Origin: Homoserinimonas sp.
GTDB lineage: Bacteria > Actinomycetota > Actinomycetes > Actinomycetales > Microbacteriaceae
Length of the DNA stretch: 64,000 nt
Assembly (NCBI GenBank): GCA_040904805.1
Contig: JBBDSS010000004.1
Coordinates: forward strand, 2,481-66,480
Reading direction: 5' to 3'
The first letter of the stretch is position 1, and every line of letters starts with the position of its first letter. Below, piece after piece: positions 35,941-45,080 of the stretch. The notes below the pieces were generated by a model, which saw nothing but the letters and a program-made list of their open reading frames with translations, searched no databases and was not told where the DNA came from. The position numbers were made by a program, and so were the translations under genes.

Positions 35941-35968
35941 ATGACATATCCAATGAAGGAGCAAGACA

Positions 35969-36163
35969 ATGTCGGAGTACCTGACATACACCCTGTGGCA
36001 GCAACGCGAACAGCGGATGCCCCACGAACTGGAGCACCAACGCGTCATCGAAGAGCGACTGCTTCAACAAGAGCAGGACGCCCGGCTCGCCGCTGCGACT
36101 GAGGCCGAAGTCGGAGTCGTCGGAGCCGAGAGTGGCCACGAGTATGTGCTCGTCGACGAGTAG
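35969..36163 (+). CDS. small hypothetical protein (64 aa, Glu/Gln-rich)
   Basis: ATG 35969 lies 8 nt after AAGGAG. No family recognised. Confidence 0.35.
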   Translation: MSEYLTYTLWQQREQRMPHELEHQRVIEERLLQQEQDARLAAATEAEVGVVGAESGHEYVLVDE

Positions 36164-36244
36164 CACCCAGAATCACGGCCGTGCCGGCAGCGACACCATC
36201 AGTCGCTGTCGCACGGCCGTGCTGCATTAACCAGCGGCAACCCG

Positions 36245-36595
36245 CTACGGCCGCTGCGAACCCTGCATGATCTCACGCACCTCGACAGCACCGCCGACCA
36301 CTTCCGCGATCGTGCCGGCGATCTCGTTCGCGCGTTCCTCGGTGGCAACCTTCACCACCCAGAACCGGGACAACGGAAAACCGCGGCCGGTGATCGAGCC
36401 GTGGTGGAAACGCCGGCGGCGATCGACCACGGTGGCCCCGCCGCCGTCCTCCAGCACCTCGGAGTAGACGAGTTCCCCGCTCTGCGCCAGCTCGTCGTCG
36501 AGCCGCGCCACGAAGGCGACGAACTGCTCGGCCCACTGCGGCGGCTTCGAGTGCAGATCCTTCTCGTCACCGAACACCATGATCATGAACTTCAT
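36245..36595 (-). CDS. YciI (DGPF-domain) family protein
   Basis: 116 aa. MKFMIMVFGDE...PPQWAEQF...LDDELAQSGELVYSEVL is typical of YCII-related proteins. Confidence 0.8.
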   Translation of the reverse strand: MKFMIMVFGDEKDLHSKPPQWAEQFVAFVARLDDELAQSGELVYSEVLEDGGGATVVDRRRRFHHGSITGRGFPLSRFWVVKVATEERANEIAGTIAEVVGGAVEVREIMQGSQRP

Positions 36596-36666
36596 CGTTG
36601 CTCCTCGCGAGTTGCCGACGGATGCGCTCTACCAACTGTCGCACCGGAGCCCCCGGATAGCTATCG

Positions 36667-36710
36667 CCCCACCCGTCTCATCCCGATTCCCCACCCGTCT
36701 CATCCCGATT
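36667..36710. repeat. perfect 22-bp direct tandem repeat (CCCCACCCGTCTCATCCCGATT x2)
   Basis: Copies at 36667-36688 and 36689-36710, in the divergent promoter region between the YciI-like and M18 aminopeptidase genes. Confidence 0.9.
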
Positions 36711-36824
36711 GAGAGACCTTTTCGTGCATGTGCAGGGAATGGAGGAGGTTTTTCGGCGCAGGCGGCGGTTCCTCCTCCTTTCGCGCGGGCAAGGCTGATG
36801 ATGTCGGGATGCTTGAATTGGGTC

Positions 36825-38129
36825 ATGACCGCTGAGCACATCCAGGACCTTGCCCGATTCGTCGAATCCTCGCCATCGTCATTCCACGCTGTCGCCGAAG
36901 CGGGCCGCCGGTTGGACGCCGCCGGGTTCACCCAGCTACAGGAAGCGGATGACTGGACCGCCCGCAAGGCCAAGCCCAAACCCAGCAGGAACAGTGCCGG
37001 CAAGCATTACGTCATCCGCGACGGCGCCGTCATCGCCTGGATCCAGCCGGCCACCGCCAGCGCGACCACCCCGTTCCGCATCCTCGGCGCGCACACCGAC
37101 TCGCCCGGCTTCAAGCTGAAGCCCAAACCCACCATCGGCTCGGAAGGCTGGCTGCAGGCCGGCATCGAAGTGTACGGGGGTCCGTTACTCAACTCCTGGC
37201 TCGACCGGGAACTCGAACTCGCCGGCCGCATCACCTTTGCCGACGGCAGCACCTCGTTGGTGCGCACCGGACCGTTCCTGCGCTTCCCCCAGCTGGCCAT
37301 CCACCTCGACCGCGACATCAGCGATGGGCTCACCCTCCGCCGCCAGGCCCACATGAACCCGATCTTCGGGCTCGGCGACCGGGCCGACGCCGACCTGCTC
37401 GGCCACCTCGCCGGCCTCACCGGGAACCGCAAGGCGAAGGCCGCCGACATTGTCGGCTACGACATCAGCGTCGCCGACACGGCGACGCCCACAGTGTTCG
37501 GCCTCGACGGCGCCTTCTTCGCCTCCGGACGCCTCGACAACCTCTCGTCGGTACACTCCGGGCTGACCGCGTTCCTGCGCCTCGGTGCCAGCCACGCGCA
37601 CATCCCGGTGTTCGCGGCCTTCGACCACGAAGAGGTCGGCTCGGCCACCCGGTCCGGTGCGAGCGGCCCGTTCCTGGCCGACATCCTCACGCGCGTTGGC
37701 GCCGGCCTGGGAGCATCCGACACCGACCGGATGCGCGCGTTCGCCGACTCCTGGTGCCTCTCCGCCGACGCCGGGCACGCCGTGCACCCTAACTACCCCG
37801 ACCGCCACGACCCGGCCAACAGGCCGGTGCTGAACCGCGGACCGCTGCTGAAGATCAACGCCAACCAGCGCTACGCGACGGATGCCATGGGTGCCGCCGA
37901 ATGGGCCCGCGCCTGCGCTCAGGCCGGGGTCGGCTACCAGGAGTTCGTGTCGAACAACGACCTGCCATGCGGCTCCACCATCGGACCGCTCACGGCGACT
38001 CGGCTGGGTATCCGCACCATCGATGCCGGGATCCCGCTGCTGTCGATGCACTCGGCGCGGGAACTGTGCGGCGTCGACGACCCGGCCGCGTTCACCGCCG
38101 CGATCGGGGCGTTCCTGGCGCCCGCCTGA
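36825..38129 (+). CDS. M18 family aminopeptidase (aspartyl aminopeptidase-like)
   Basis: 434 aa from ATG 36825. Motifs GAHTDSPGFKLKP, FDHEEVGS and SADAGHAVHPNY. The tracked start at 36579 over-extends across the divergent promoter. Confidence 0.85.
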   Translation: MTAEHIQDLARFVESSPSSFHAVAEAGRRLDAAGFTQLQEADDWTARKAKPKPSRNSAGKHYVIRDGAVIAWIQPATASATTPFRILGAHTDSPGFKLKPKPTIGSEGWLQAGIEVYGGPLLNSWLDRELELAGRITFADGSTSLVRTGPFLRFPQLAIHLDRDISDGLTLRRQAHMNPIFGLGDRADADLLGHLAGLTGNRKAKAADIVGYDISVADTATPTVFGLDGAFFASGRLDNLSSVHSGLTAFLRLGASHAHIPVFAAFDHEEVGSATRSGASGPFLADILTRVGAGLGASDTDRMRAFADSWCLSADAGHAVHPNYPDRHDPANRPVLNRGPLLKINANQRYATDAMGAAEWARACAQAGVGYQEFVSNNDLPCGSTIGPLTATRLGIRTIDAGIPLLSMHSARELCGVDDPAAFTAAIGAFLAPA

Positions 38130-38308
38130 GTCAGGCTGCTCCACTCCCGCCCGTAATCCGGCGACCTCTTCGCGAGTCGGGCCGATTGGTGGGTGAGTGG
38201 CTGCAGTGACACGCGAATTGCCCCGACGCGCGGAAGGCGCGAAGGCGGGAACCGGTCAACACTCGACGCATGACCGATGCGCGGCCACCCGCACGGCGAG
38301 CGACCTGC

Positions 38309-39082
38309 TCAACCTGCAGAAGAACGGAGGGCATCCCGGCTGAGCATGGTGGCCCCGGCCACGGCCGCCGGCATGGCGAAGACGGCTCCGAGCGGGATGA
38401 GGAAAAGGAGGTAGGTGGCCGCACCGAAACCGACCGTGCCCGCCCGGTTGGCCGCGAGCATCCGCCGCCGCTGCCGCAAACTGAGCCCGCGGGCGTCGAA
38501 CGCGAAGCCGCACAGTTCGACCGCGAGCATCCACCCGCCGAAGACGACCCCGAGCACCGGAACGGCAATCTGGCCGACCACCGGGATGAACCCGCCGATG
38601 AACAGGACGAGGCCGATCGCGGCAGTCGCGCTGAACAGCCGGAGCCCGTTGCCCACCCCGCGGCGCATCGAGACCCAGAAGGTGTCGGCGGATTCCGGGA
38701 CCGTTCCGCCGGCGCGCCGCTCGACCTCCCGCCAGATGCGCTCATAGAACGGGTCGCCCACCGCCAGGGTGACGGCGGTGAAGGTGAACAGGCCGGCGTA
38801 GACGACGATGACGGATGCCGCCAGCCCGGCCGCCACCTGGGTGGCGATGCGCGGCGGATCACCCCAGCCGTCGGCGAACGGGGTCAGCCAAGCGGCGATC
38901 GTGCCCAGGTTCATCACGAAGAAGACCGCTCCGGCCAGGAACACCGTGCCCACGAGGAGGGCCGGGATGGCGCCGAGCATCATCAGCCTGGGCGAGGTTG
39001 CCCACAGTCCGAGACCCTGGGCGAGGTAGCGCGGGCCGCCGAAGAACCGCTTCACGGCGCCAGGAACTCGGGGTTGTCTCAC
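38309..39082 (-). CDS. EI24/CysZ-like membrane protein
   Basis: 257 aa and polytopic. The N-terminus FFGGPRYLAQGLGLW...LMMLGAIPALLV is typical of EI24-domain proteins. Confidence 0.7.
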   Translation of the reverse strand: MRQPRVPGAVKRFFGGPRYLAQGLGLWATSPRLMMLGAIPALLVGTVFLAGAVFFVMNLGTIAAWLTPFADGWGDPPRIATQVAAGLAASVIVVYAGLFTFTAVTLAVGDPFYERIWREVERRAGGTVPESADTFWVSMRRGVGNGLRLFSATAAIGLVLFIGGFIPVVGQIAVPVLGVVFGGWMLAVELCGFAFDARGLSLRQRRRMLAANRAGTVGFGAATYLLFLIPLGAVFAMPAAVAGATMLSRDALRSSAG

Positions 39083-39193
39083 CCGAACAGCCTAGGTCCG
39101 CGGGAGACTGCGAGACTGCTGGCAGCCCCTCCCGGGCACCGAAAACCAGGGTTACCGTTGGCCGCACCACGTTTCGACAGGAAGGTGATCGGT

Positions 39194-39370
39194 ATGGGCA
39201 ATGACGAGAAGATGGAACACAAGGCCGAAGAGATGAAGGGCAAAGTCAAGGAGGGCGCCGGCAAGGCGACCGATAATGAGTCGCTCGAAGCCGAAGGCAA
39301 GAAGGATCAGAGCAAGGCGAACCTGAAGCAGGCCGGCGATAACGTCAAGGACGCCTTCACCGACAAGTGA
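39194..39370 (+). CDS. CsbD-family stress protein
   Basis: 58 aa. MGNDEKMEHKAEEMKGKVKEGAGKATDNESLEAEGKKDQSKANLKQAGDNVKDAF. Confidence 0.8.
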   Translation: MGNDEKMEHKAEEMKGKVKEGAGKATDNESLEAEGKKDQSKANLKQAGDNVKDAFTDK

Positions 39371-39385
39371 CTTGACCAGGTGTGG

Positions 39386-39410
39386 CCCCGCTCGTGCTCA
39401 CCGGGCGGGG
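39386..39410. terminator. GC-rich hairpin between convergent genes (possible bidirectional terminator)
   Basis: CCCCGC (39386-91) pairs with GCGGGG (39405-10). No clear U-tract. Confidence 0.3.
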
Positions 39411-39440
39411 TCCTCTGCTGTGCGCTCGGTGCCTGGCCGC

Positions 39441-40133
39441 TCAAACGCCGTCGGCCGCGTCGGCTGCCTGGGCCTCGCTCAGCGGCTCGCCCGTCGGGTC
39501 TGCCGCCGCCGCATCCGCCAGTTCCGCGCCCCCCATCGGTCGGTCGGCCCAGCGGGTCAAGGTCCAGCCGTCGGCGAAGGATCCCTCGACGACGACCACA
39601 CCGGTGTTGTCCAGGTCGTTCTCGCCGGCAAAGGTCGGCGCAACGTTTCGGGCGTGGGCGGCAACCCAGACGCGGATGGCGGCGCCGTGGCTGACCACGG
39701 CCGCCGACGACACGCCAGAGTCGACGATGTTCTGCAGGTCAGAGTTGTAGCGTCCGAAGAAGTCGTGGCCAGTCGGGCCGCCGGGCATCGTGGCATCCAG
39801 CCGCCCTGAGCCCCAGGCGAACACGGTCTCCAGGTACTGGCGCACCGAGTGGTGGTCGCTGCGCATCTCCAGGTCGCCGGCCTCGATCTCGTGCAGCCCA
39901 TTCTTGACCTCCACGTCGAGCCGGCGATCATCCGCCAGCGGTGAGGCGGTCAACTGGGTGCGCACCAGGGTGGACGCGAACAGCGCGTCGATCGGCTCAT
40001 CGCTCAGGGCATCCGGAATCCGCGCCGCCTGCTCGAGGCCGCGGTCGGTGAGCCCAGGGCCAGGGTGGGCGGTGTCGAGCTGGCCGAGCACATTGGCCGG
40101 CGTCTGACCGTGGCGGATGAGGAAAAGGCGCAT
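39441..40133 (-). CDS. histidine phosphatase (phosphoglycerate mutase / CobC-like) family protein
   Basis: 230 aa with N-terminal RLFLIRHGQT catalytic motif. Confidence 0.85.
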   Translation of the reverse strand: MRLFLIRHGQTPANVLGQLDTAHPGPGLTDRGLEQAARIPDALSDEPIDALFASTLVRTQLTASPLADDRRLDVEVKNGLHEIEAGDLEMRSDHHSVRQYLETVFAWGSGRLDATMPGGPTGHDFFGRYNSDLQNIVDSGVSSAAVVSHGAAIRVWVAAHARNVAPTFAGENDLDNTGVVVVEGSFADGWTLTRWADRPMGGAELADAAAADPTGEPLSEAQAADAADGV

Positions 40134-40171
40134 AACCCCTTCAGCCTAAGGTGCCCCGCTGACAGTCGCGG

Positions 40172-40636
40172 TCAGTCGTTCCAGCCTGGTCCAGCCGGGA
40201 TCGCCAGACCCCGCTGGAACGCCTCAGCGACCGAACGCGCGCGCAGGTCGGCAGCCTCGTTCAGAATGTGGCCGATATGCCCGCGCACCCACTCGAAGGT
40301 GTAGCGGCGGCCGGCGATCGCCTCGTCCAGCTCCTTCAGAAGTTCCAGGTTCATGACCGGCTTGCCGTCGCCCTTGCGCCAGCCTTTCGCCTTCCAGCCG
40401 GGCATCCACTTGGTGATCGAATTGATCACGTACTGGCTGTCGCAGAGCACGTGCAGGTCGTCGTCAAGGTGCGCGGTCGCCCGGAACAGCTCGAGCACCG
40501 CCTTCAGTTCACCCTGATTGTTGGTGGCGTGCGCCCACCCACCGGCACCCCAGCATCCGTCGCTCACATACCAGGCCCAGCCCGCAGGTCCGGGGTTGCC
40601 GAGGGCGGATCCGTCTGCGGCGGCGATGATCGTCAT
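40172..40636 (-). CDS. rnhA: ribonuclease HI
   Basis: 154 aa. Motifs DGSALGNPGPAGWA, NNQGELKAV, CDSQYV and GHIGHILNEAAD. Confidence 0.9.
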   Translation of the reverse strand: MTIIAAADGSALGNPGPAGWAWYVSDGCWGAGGWAHATNNQGELKAVLELFRATAHLDDDLHVLCDSQYVINSITKWMPGWKAKGWRKGDGKPVMNLELLKELDEAIAGRRYTFEWVRGHIGHILNEAADLRARSVAEAFQRGLAIPAGPGWND

Positions 40637-40655
40637 GAATCAAGCGTATCGGCGG

Positions 40656-41156
40656 CTACTCCTCCGGAAGTGCGCCCTCGATCAGTTCGACGATGCTCCG
40701 ATCATCCGGAAGCGTCTTGCTGCGGAAGCGGTGCATGTCGCCGTTCGGGAGGATCAGGAACTTCTCGAAATTCCACCGCACCCTCCCACCACGACCGGAC
40801 GGGTCCTTCGCCCGGTGAAGCAGCGAGAACAGCGGATGCCTGGAGCGCCCGTTCACCTTGGTCGCCTCGAACATCGGGAAGGTGACGCCCCAGGTGGTCG
40901 AGCAGTAGTCGTCGATGGCGTCAGCCGACTTCAGCTCCTGCCTGAACTGGTTGGAGGGGAAGCCGAGCACCGTGAACCCGTGGTTCGCGTAGGTGCGCTG
41001 CAGCTCTTCCAGCTGCTCGTACTGCGGGGTATGCCCGCAACGGGAGGCCACGTTGACCGCCAGGATCACCTTGTCCGCGTAGTCGCCGAGGCGCTCCGGG
41101 GTTCCGTCGAGCCGGGTGAGCTGGATGTCGTTCAGTGTGGTGGTGCTGAGGGTCAT
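40656..41156 (-). CDS. glutathione peroxidase-family thiol peroxidase
   Basis: 166 aa from ATG 41156. Motifs VNVASRCGHTPQY and GFPSNQF. Confidence 0.9.
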   Translation of the reverse strand: MTLSTTTLNDIQLTRLDGTPERLGDYADKVILAVNVASRCGHTPQYEQLEELQRTYANHGFTVLGFPSNQFRQELKSADAIDDYCSTTWGVTFPMFEATKVNGRSRHPLFSLLHRAKDPSGRGGRVRWNFEKFLILPNGDMHRFRSKTLPDDRSIVELIEGALPEE

Positions 41157-41242
41157 ACTCGAACCGTATGGCACCAGTCCCTGAAAACAGTGTGAACCGG
41201 ATTCGACGGAATACCCTCGGGTGCATGAACGCTGCACCGAGT

Positions 41243-42262
41243 ATGAAGCGAATCGGATTCCTCTCGTTCGGCCACTACCAGGACGTCCCCGGATCGGTGG
41301 TGCGCACCGCCCGCGACGCGTTGGCCCAGACGATCGAGCTGGCGGTCGCCGCCGAAGAGTTGGGGGTGGACGGCGCCTTCGTGCGCGTGCACCATTTCGC
41401 CCCGCAGCTGGCGTCCCCGTTCCCGCTGCTGGCCGCCATCGCCGCGCGTACCAGCCGCCTCGAAATGGGAACCGGCGTCATCGACATGCGCTACGAGAAC
41501 CCGCTCTACATGGCGGAGGAGGCGGCCGCGGTCGACCTGATCAGCGACGGGCGACTGCAACTCGGTATCAGCCGCGGTTCACCTGAGACTGCCTTGAACG
41601 GGTACGAGGCGTTCGGGTACGTGCCGGGTGAGGGGAGCAGCGATGCGGATGACGCCCGCAACAAGGCGGCCATCTTCCGCGCGGCGATCGACGGTGCCGC
41701 GGTGGCCAGGGCGAACCCGCAAATGGTCGGCAGCGACGGGTACCTGCCGATCGAGCCGCACTCGCCTGGGCTGCGCGAACGGATCTGGTGGGGGTCCGGT
41801 ACCAGGTCCACCGCGAAGTGGGCCGGCGAGCAGGGGATGAACCTGATGAGCTCCACTCTGCTCACCGAGGACACCGGTGTGCCGTTCCACGAGTTGCAGG
41901 CCGAGCAGATCCAGGTCTTCCGGGACGCCTGGAAGGAGGCCGGGCATCCGTTCGCCCCTCGGGTGTCGGTCAGTCGCAGCATCATGCCGATCGTCACCGA
42001 GCAGGATCGGCACTACTTCGGGCTGCGCGCCCAGGCGGAGGGCAAGGACCAGGTCGGGAATTTGGACGGGGGACTGGCGCGGTTCGGCAAGAGCTACATC
42101 GGGGAACCGGATGCGCTCGCCGAGGAGTTGGCGAAGGACGTCGCCATCCAGGGGGCCGACACCCTGCTGGTCACGGTGCCGAACCAGTTGGGTGTCGACT
42201 ACAACGCGAAGCTGCTCGAGAGCATTGTGAAGCTGGTGGCGCCCGCGGTCGGCTGGCGGTAG
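41243..42262 (+). CDS. LLM-class (luciferase-like) flavin-dependent oxidoreductase
   Basis: 339 aa from ATG 41243, with an alternative in-frame ATG at 41225. N-terminus MKRIGFLSFGHYQ. TIM-barrel LLM-like sequence. Confidence 0.8.
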   Translation: MKRIGFLSFGHYQDVPGSVVRTARDALAQTIELAVAAEELGVDGAFVRVHHFAPQLASPFPLLAAIAARTSRLEMGTGVIDMRYENPLYMAEEAAAVDLISDGRLQLGISRGSPETALNGYEAFGYVPGEGSSDADDARNKAAIFRAAIDGAAVARANPQMVGSDGYLPIEPHSPGLRERIWWGSGTRSTAKWAGEQGMNLMSSTLLTEDTGVPFHELQAEQIQVFRDAWKEAGHPFAPRVSVSRSIMPIVTEQDRHYFGLRAQAEGKDQVGNLDGGLARFGKSYIGEPDALAEELAKDVAIQGADTLLVTVPNQLGVDYNAKLLESIVKLVAPAVGWR

Positions 42263-42356
42263 GTACCGACCACGCCTGCGTTTTTCATCCGCGGTGGCTT
42301 GTTGAGGCGCGCGCTCAACGACTGGCGCGCCGTTTGCAGCGGAGCACCAGCGAGAC

Positions 42357-44039
42357 TTACCGATCAGGCTCGGCCGGTTCGGCATCCGCGTCGGGAATGT
42401 CGACTGGCTCCGTGAACGGAACAGTTGACGTCGTGTCCGCTGTGCCGCGCACCGGCCCGATTCGGCGTTGCCGCAGCGGGTCGCGCCTCAGGTCGGCATA
42501 CAGGGCGACGCAGAGTCCGATGACGATCAGCACGAACGGGGTCGCGGCAAGGATCGTGAAGGTCTGCAGCGCTCCCAGCCCGCCGACGTAAAGCAGCACC
42601 GCGGCGACGGCGCCGGTGAGGACGGCCCACAGGATGACCAGCGGCTTCCACGGTTCTTTGCGGCCGCGACTCGACAGCGTTCCCAGAACCAGGGAGCCGG
42701 CATCCGCCCCGCTGACGAAGAAAATCGCGGTGAGCGTCATGACCACCACCGCGGCCCCGATGAAGAACGGGTACTGCTGCAGGGCTGCGAAGAACCCGGC
42801 AGCCTCATCGCCGGTGCCGGCGATGTCGGTGCCGCCCAGTTGCAGGTGCAGGCCGGCTCCGCCGAACACGACGAACCAGATGGTGCTCACCGCGGTCGGA
42901 ACCAGCATCACGCCGAGTACGAACTCCTTGATCGTGCGCCCACGGGAGATGCGCGCGATGAACGTTCCGACAAAGGGGGTCCAGGAGATCCACCAGGCCC
43001 AGTAGAAGATGGTCCAGCTGGCCAGCCACTCCTCACCGCCGAAGACCGCCGAATGGAAACTCATCGGCACGATGTTCGAGAAGTATGAGCCGATCGACGA
43101 CGGAAGCAGGTCGAGGATGAAGACCGTCGGCCCGACCACGAAGACGAATACCAGCAGCACGGCGGCGAGCACCATATTGGTATTGCTCAGCCATTTGATG
43201 CCCCTCGAAACGCCGCTGGCCGCCGAGAACACGACGCCGACCGTCAATACGCAGATGACGATGATCGCGATCGCGGTGTCCGGCTCATCCGCGAACGCGC
43301 CGGTGCGCAGCAGGGAGATCCCGGCCGCGATCTGCAGTGCGCCGAGGCCGAGCGAGGTCGCCGAGCCGAACTTGGTGCAGATGATCGCCAGAATGTCGAT
43401 CGGCTTTCCCCAGCCCTTGTCCTCGATGCGCTCCTTGCCGAAAAGCGACTGGAAGGGCGCGCTCATCAGATTGCCGCGCCCCATCCGGAACGTCGAATAG
43501 GCCAGCGCCAGCCCGACCACCGCGTAGATGGCCCAGGGGTGGAGTCCCCAGTGGAAGAAGGTGTACGCCATGGCGGCGCGGGCGGCATCCGGGCTCCCGG
43601 CTTCTGCCTCGACGTACGGCGGCGGATCGGCCAGGTGACTGACCGGTTCGTAGACGCCAAAGAACATCAGGCCGATGCCCATGCCGGCGCTGAACATCAT
43701 GGCCACCCAGGAGATGGTGGAGAACTCGGTCTTCTCACCCTCACTGGAGAGTGGGATGTTGCCGTAGCGTCCGAAGGCGAGCACCAGGGCGAAGATGACG
43801 AAGCCGGTGGCGCCGAGGATGAACAGCCAGCCGACGTTCTGGGTGACCCAGGCGAGCGCCGCGCCTGCCCCGGTCTGCACGGCGTCGGTGGCGAAGATGC
43901 CGAGCAGGCAGATGATGAGAATGAGTCCTGCCGAGACGCCGAAGACGACCTTGTCGATGCTCGCCCACCCTTGTGCCCGGGTTTCGGATGACGCATTGCC
44001 GAGACGGGCAGCGTACTGATCGTCCGGAACGTGCGTCAT
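42357..44039 (-). CDS. BCCT-family (betaine/carnitine/choline) transporter
   Basis: 560 aa and polytopic. Trp-rich signature WTIFYWAWWISWTPFVG. Confidence 0.9.
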   Translation of the reverse strand: MTHVPDDQYAARLGNASSETRAQGWASIDKVVFGVSAGLILIICLLGIFATDAVQTGAGAALAWVTQNVGWLFILGATGFVIFALVLAFGRYGNIPLSSEGEKTEFSTISWVAMMFSAGMGIGLMFFGVYEPVSHLADPPPYVEAEAGSPDAARAAMAYTFFHWGLHPWAIYAVVGLALAYSTFRMGRGNLMSAPFQSLFGKERIEDKGWGKPIDILAIICTKFGSATSLGLGALQIAAGISLLRTGAFADEPDTAIAIIVICVLTVGVVFSAASGVSRGIKWLSNTNMVLAAVLLVFVFVVGPTVFILDLLPSSIGSYFSNIVPMSFHSAVFGGEEWLASWTIFYWAWWISWTPFVGTFIARISRGRTIKEFVLGVMLVPTAVSTIWFVVFGGAGLHLQLGGTDIAGTGDEAAGFFAALQQYPFFIGAAVVVMTLTAIFFVSGADAGSLVLGTLSSRGRKEPWKPLVILWAVLTGAVAAVLLYVGGLGALQTFTILAATPFVLIVIGLCVALYADLRRDPLRQRRIGPVRGTADTTSTVPFTEPVDIPDADAEPAEPDR

Positions 44040-44129
44040 ATGTCCACTCCTCGCTGCCGTGCGGGGTTCAACCGATTGCTCAGGAATTACGCTACCCCCG
44101 GATGGGGGCCTTCGCTATATAGTTGCCCC

Positions 44130-44747
44130 ATGGTCACAGCGGATGACGGAAGCGCGAACGCGCTCACCAGCAGGACCCATGAGGGCGACAGCGGAAGAAC
44201 CAACCTCGGCGGGTATGGCGAGGTTGCGAAGACGGATCTGCGGGTGGCGGCCTACGCGGAATGCGACGAGGCCAACGCGGCAGTGAGCGTCGCAATCGCC
44301 GCTGGTGCGCTGCCGAACCACGTGACATCGATGCTGGCCAGCGTGCAGAACGATCTCTTCGATCTGGTCACCGACCTCTCATCCCCGCTGACGGTCGAAG
44401 CGGATGCTCGGATCCAGGAAGCCCACATCGAGCGCCTGGAGCGTGCAATCCAGCATTTCGTGCAGGAGGCATCCGACCTCAGCGGGATGATCCTGCCGGG
44501 CGGAACTCTGGCGGCAGCACTGCTCTACCAGGCCCGCGGCGTGGTCCGCCGGGCCGAACGCGCCGTGTGGAACGCGATCGAGGCGTACCCCGACCAGCTG
44601 AACCCGCTGACCGCGCGATACCTGAACCGGCTGTCGCAGCTGCTGTTCGTGATCGCGCGCGGAGCCAACGTCGAGCACGGCGACGTGCTCTGGGAGCCGG
44701 AGGCGTCAGCCCGGGCGATGGCGGCGGAGACGCCTGGGCCTGACTGA
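44130..44747 (+). CDS. PduO-type ATP:cob(I)alamin adenosyltransferase
   Basis: 205 aa from ATG 44130. TDLRVAAYAECDEANAAV...NDLFDL...LPGG...RAERAV...YLNRLSQLLFV is typical of the family. Confidence 0.8.
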   Translation: MVTADDGSANALTSRTHEGDSGRTNLGGYGEVAKTDLRVAAYAECDEANAAVSVAIAAGALPNHVTSMLASVQNDLFDLVTDLSSPLTVEADARIQEAHIERLERAIQHFVQEASDLSGMILPGGTLAAALLYQARGVVRRAERAVWNAIEAYPDQLNPLTARYLNRLSQLLFVIARGANVEHGDVLWEPEASARAMAAETPGPD

Positions 44748-44758
44748 GCTCGGCCTGT

Positions 44759-45043
44759 CTAGCGGCTCAGTAGCCCGGCGCGTTCCGGGTGCTCGTCGAA
44801 CCACTTGCCGACGTACCAGCACATCGGCACCACCCGGTAGCTGGTGTTCTGCTCCACGTCGTCGATGGCGTAGTCGACCACTTCGCCGGCCAGGCCCTCC
44901 CCGCGGTGGGCGGGGTTGGTGTACGTGTGGTGGAACGAGATCTGGTTGCCGTTGATGCGGTAGTCAGCGGTGCTGAGCAGTTCGTCGCCGTCGCGCAGGG
45001 CGTAGCGCCCGGCATCTGTCTCGTGCGAAAGTTCCTTGGCCAT
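44759..45043 (-). CDS. small GNAT-like N-acetyltransferase (YjdJ type)
   Basis: 94 aa. FHHTYTNPAHRGEGLAGEVVDYAIDD...VVPMCWYV. Confidence 0.7.
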   Translation of the reverse strand: MAKELSHETDAGRYALRDGDELLSTADYRINGNQISFHHTYTNPAHRGEGLAGEVVDYAIDDVEQNTSYRVVPMCWYVGKWFDEHPERAGLLSR

Positions 45044-45080
45044 GCCACCAGCCTAGAGGGGCTCCCCGTACCCTGACTGG

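Noticed and set aside
35580-35987. Possibility that the hairpin-dense gap is RNase P RNA, tmRNA, SRP RNA or a cobalamin riboswitch
   Set aside because: The hallmark sequences are absent on either strand. There is no GAGGAAAGUCC / ACAGAACCCGGC for RNase P. There is no GGGG...GGUUUCGAC 5' end, tRNA-like UCCACCA 3' end or ALAA-stop tag for tmRNA. There is no GGUCCGGAAGGAAGCAGC for SRP. There is no GCCACUG B12 box. I kept it only as an unclassified candidate.
36667-36710. Tandem repeats at 36667-36710 and 46939-46998 as CRISPR arrays
   Set aside because: The repeats are directly adjacent with no spacers. There are only 2-4 copies, no cas genes are in the window, and the second repeat lies in frame inside a coding sequence.
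38131-39370. ORFs 38131..38862 (minus strand) and 38270..39370 (plus strand) overlapping the EI24-like gene
   Set aside because: Both are Arg/Pro/Gly-rich shadow frames. Only the 3' 177 nt of the plus-strand ORF (39194..39370) is a credible gene (CsbD). The minus frame 38309..39082 gives a coherent polytopic membrane protein.
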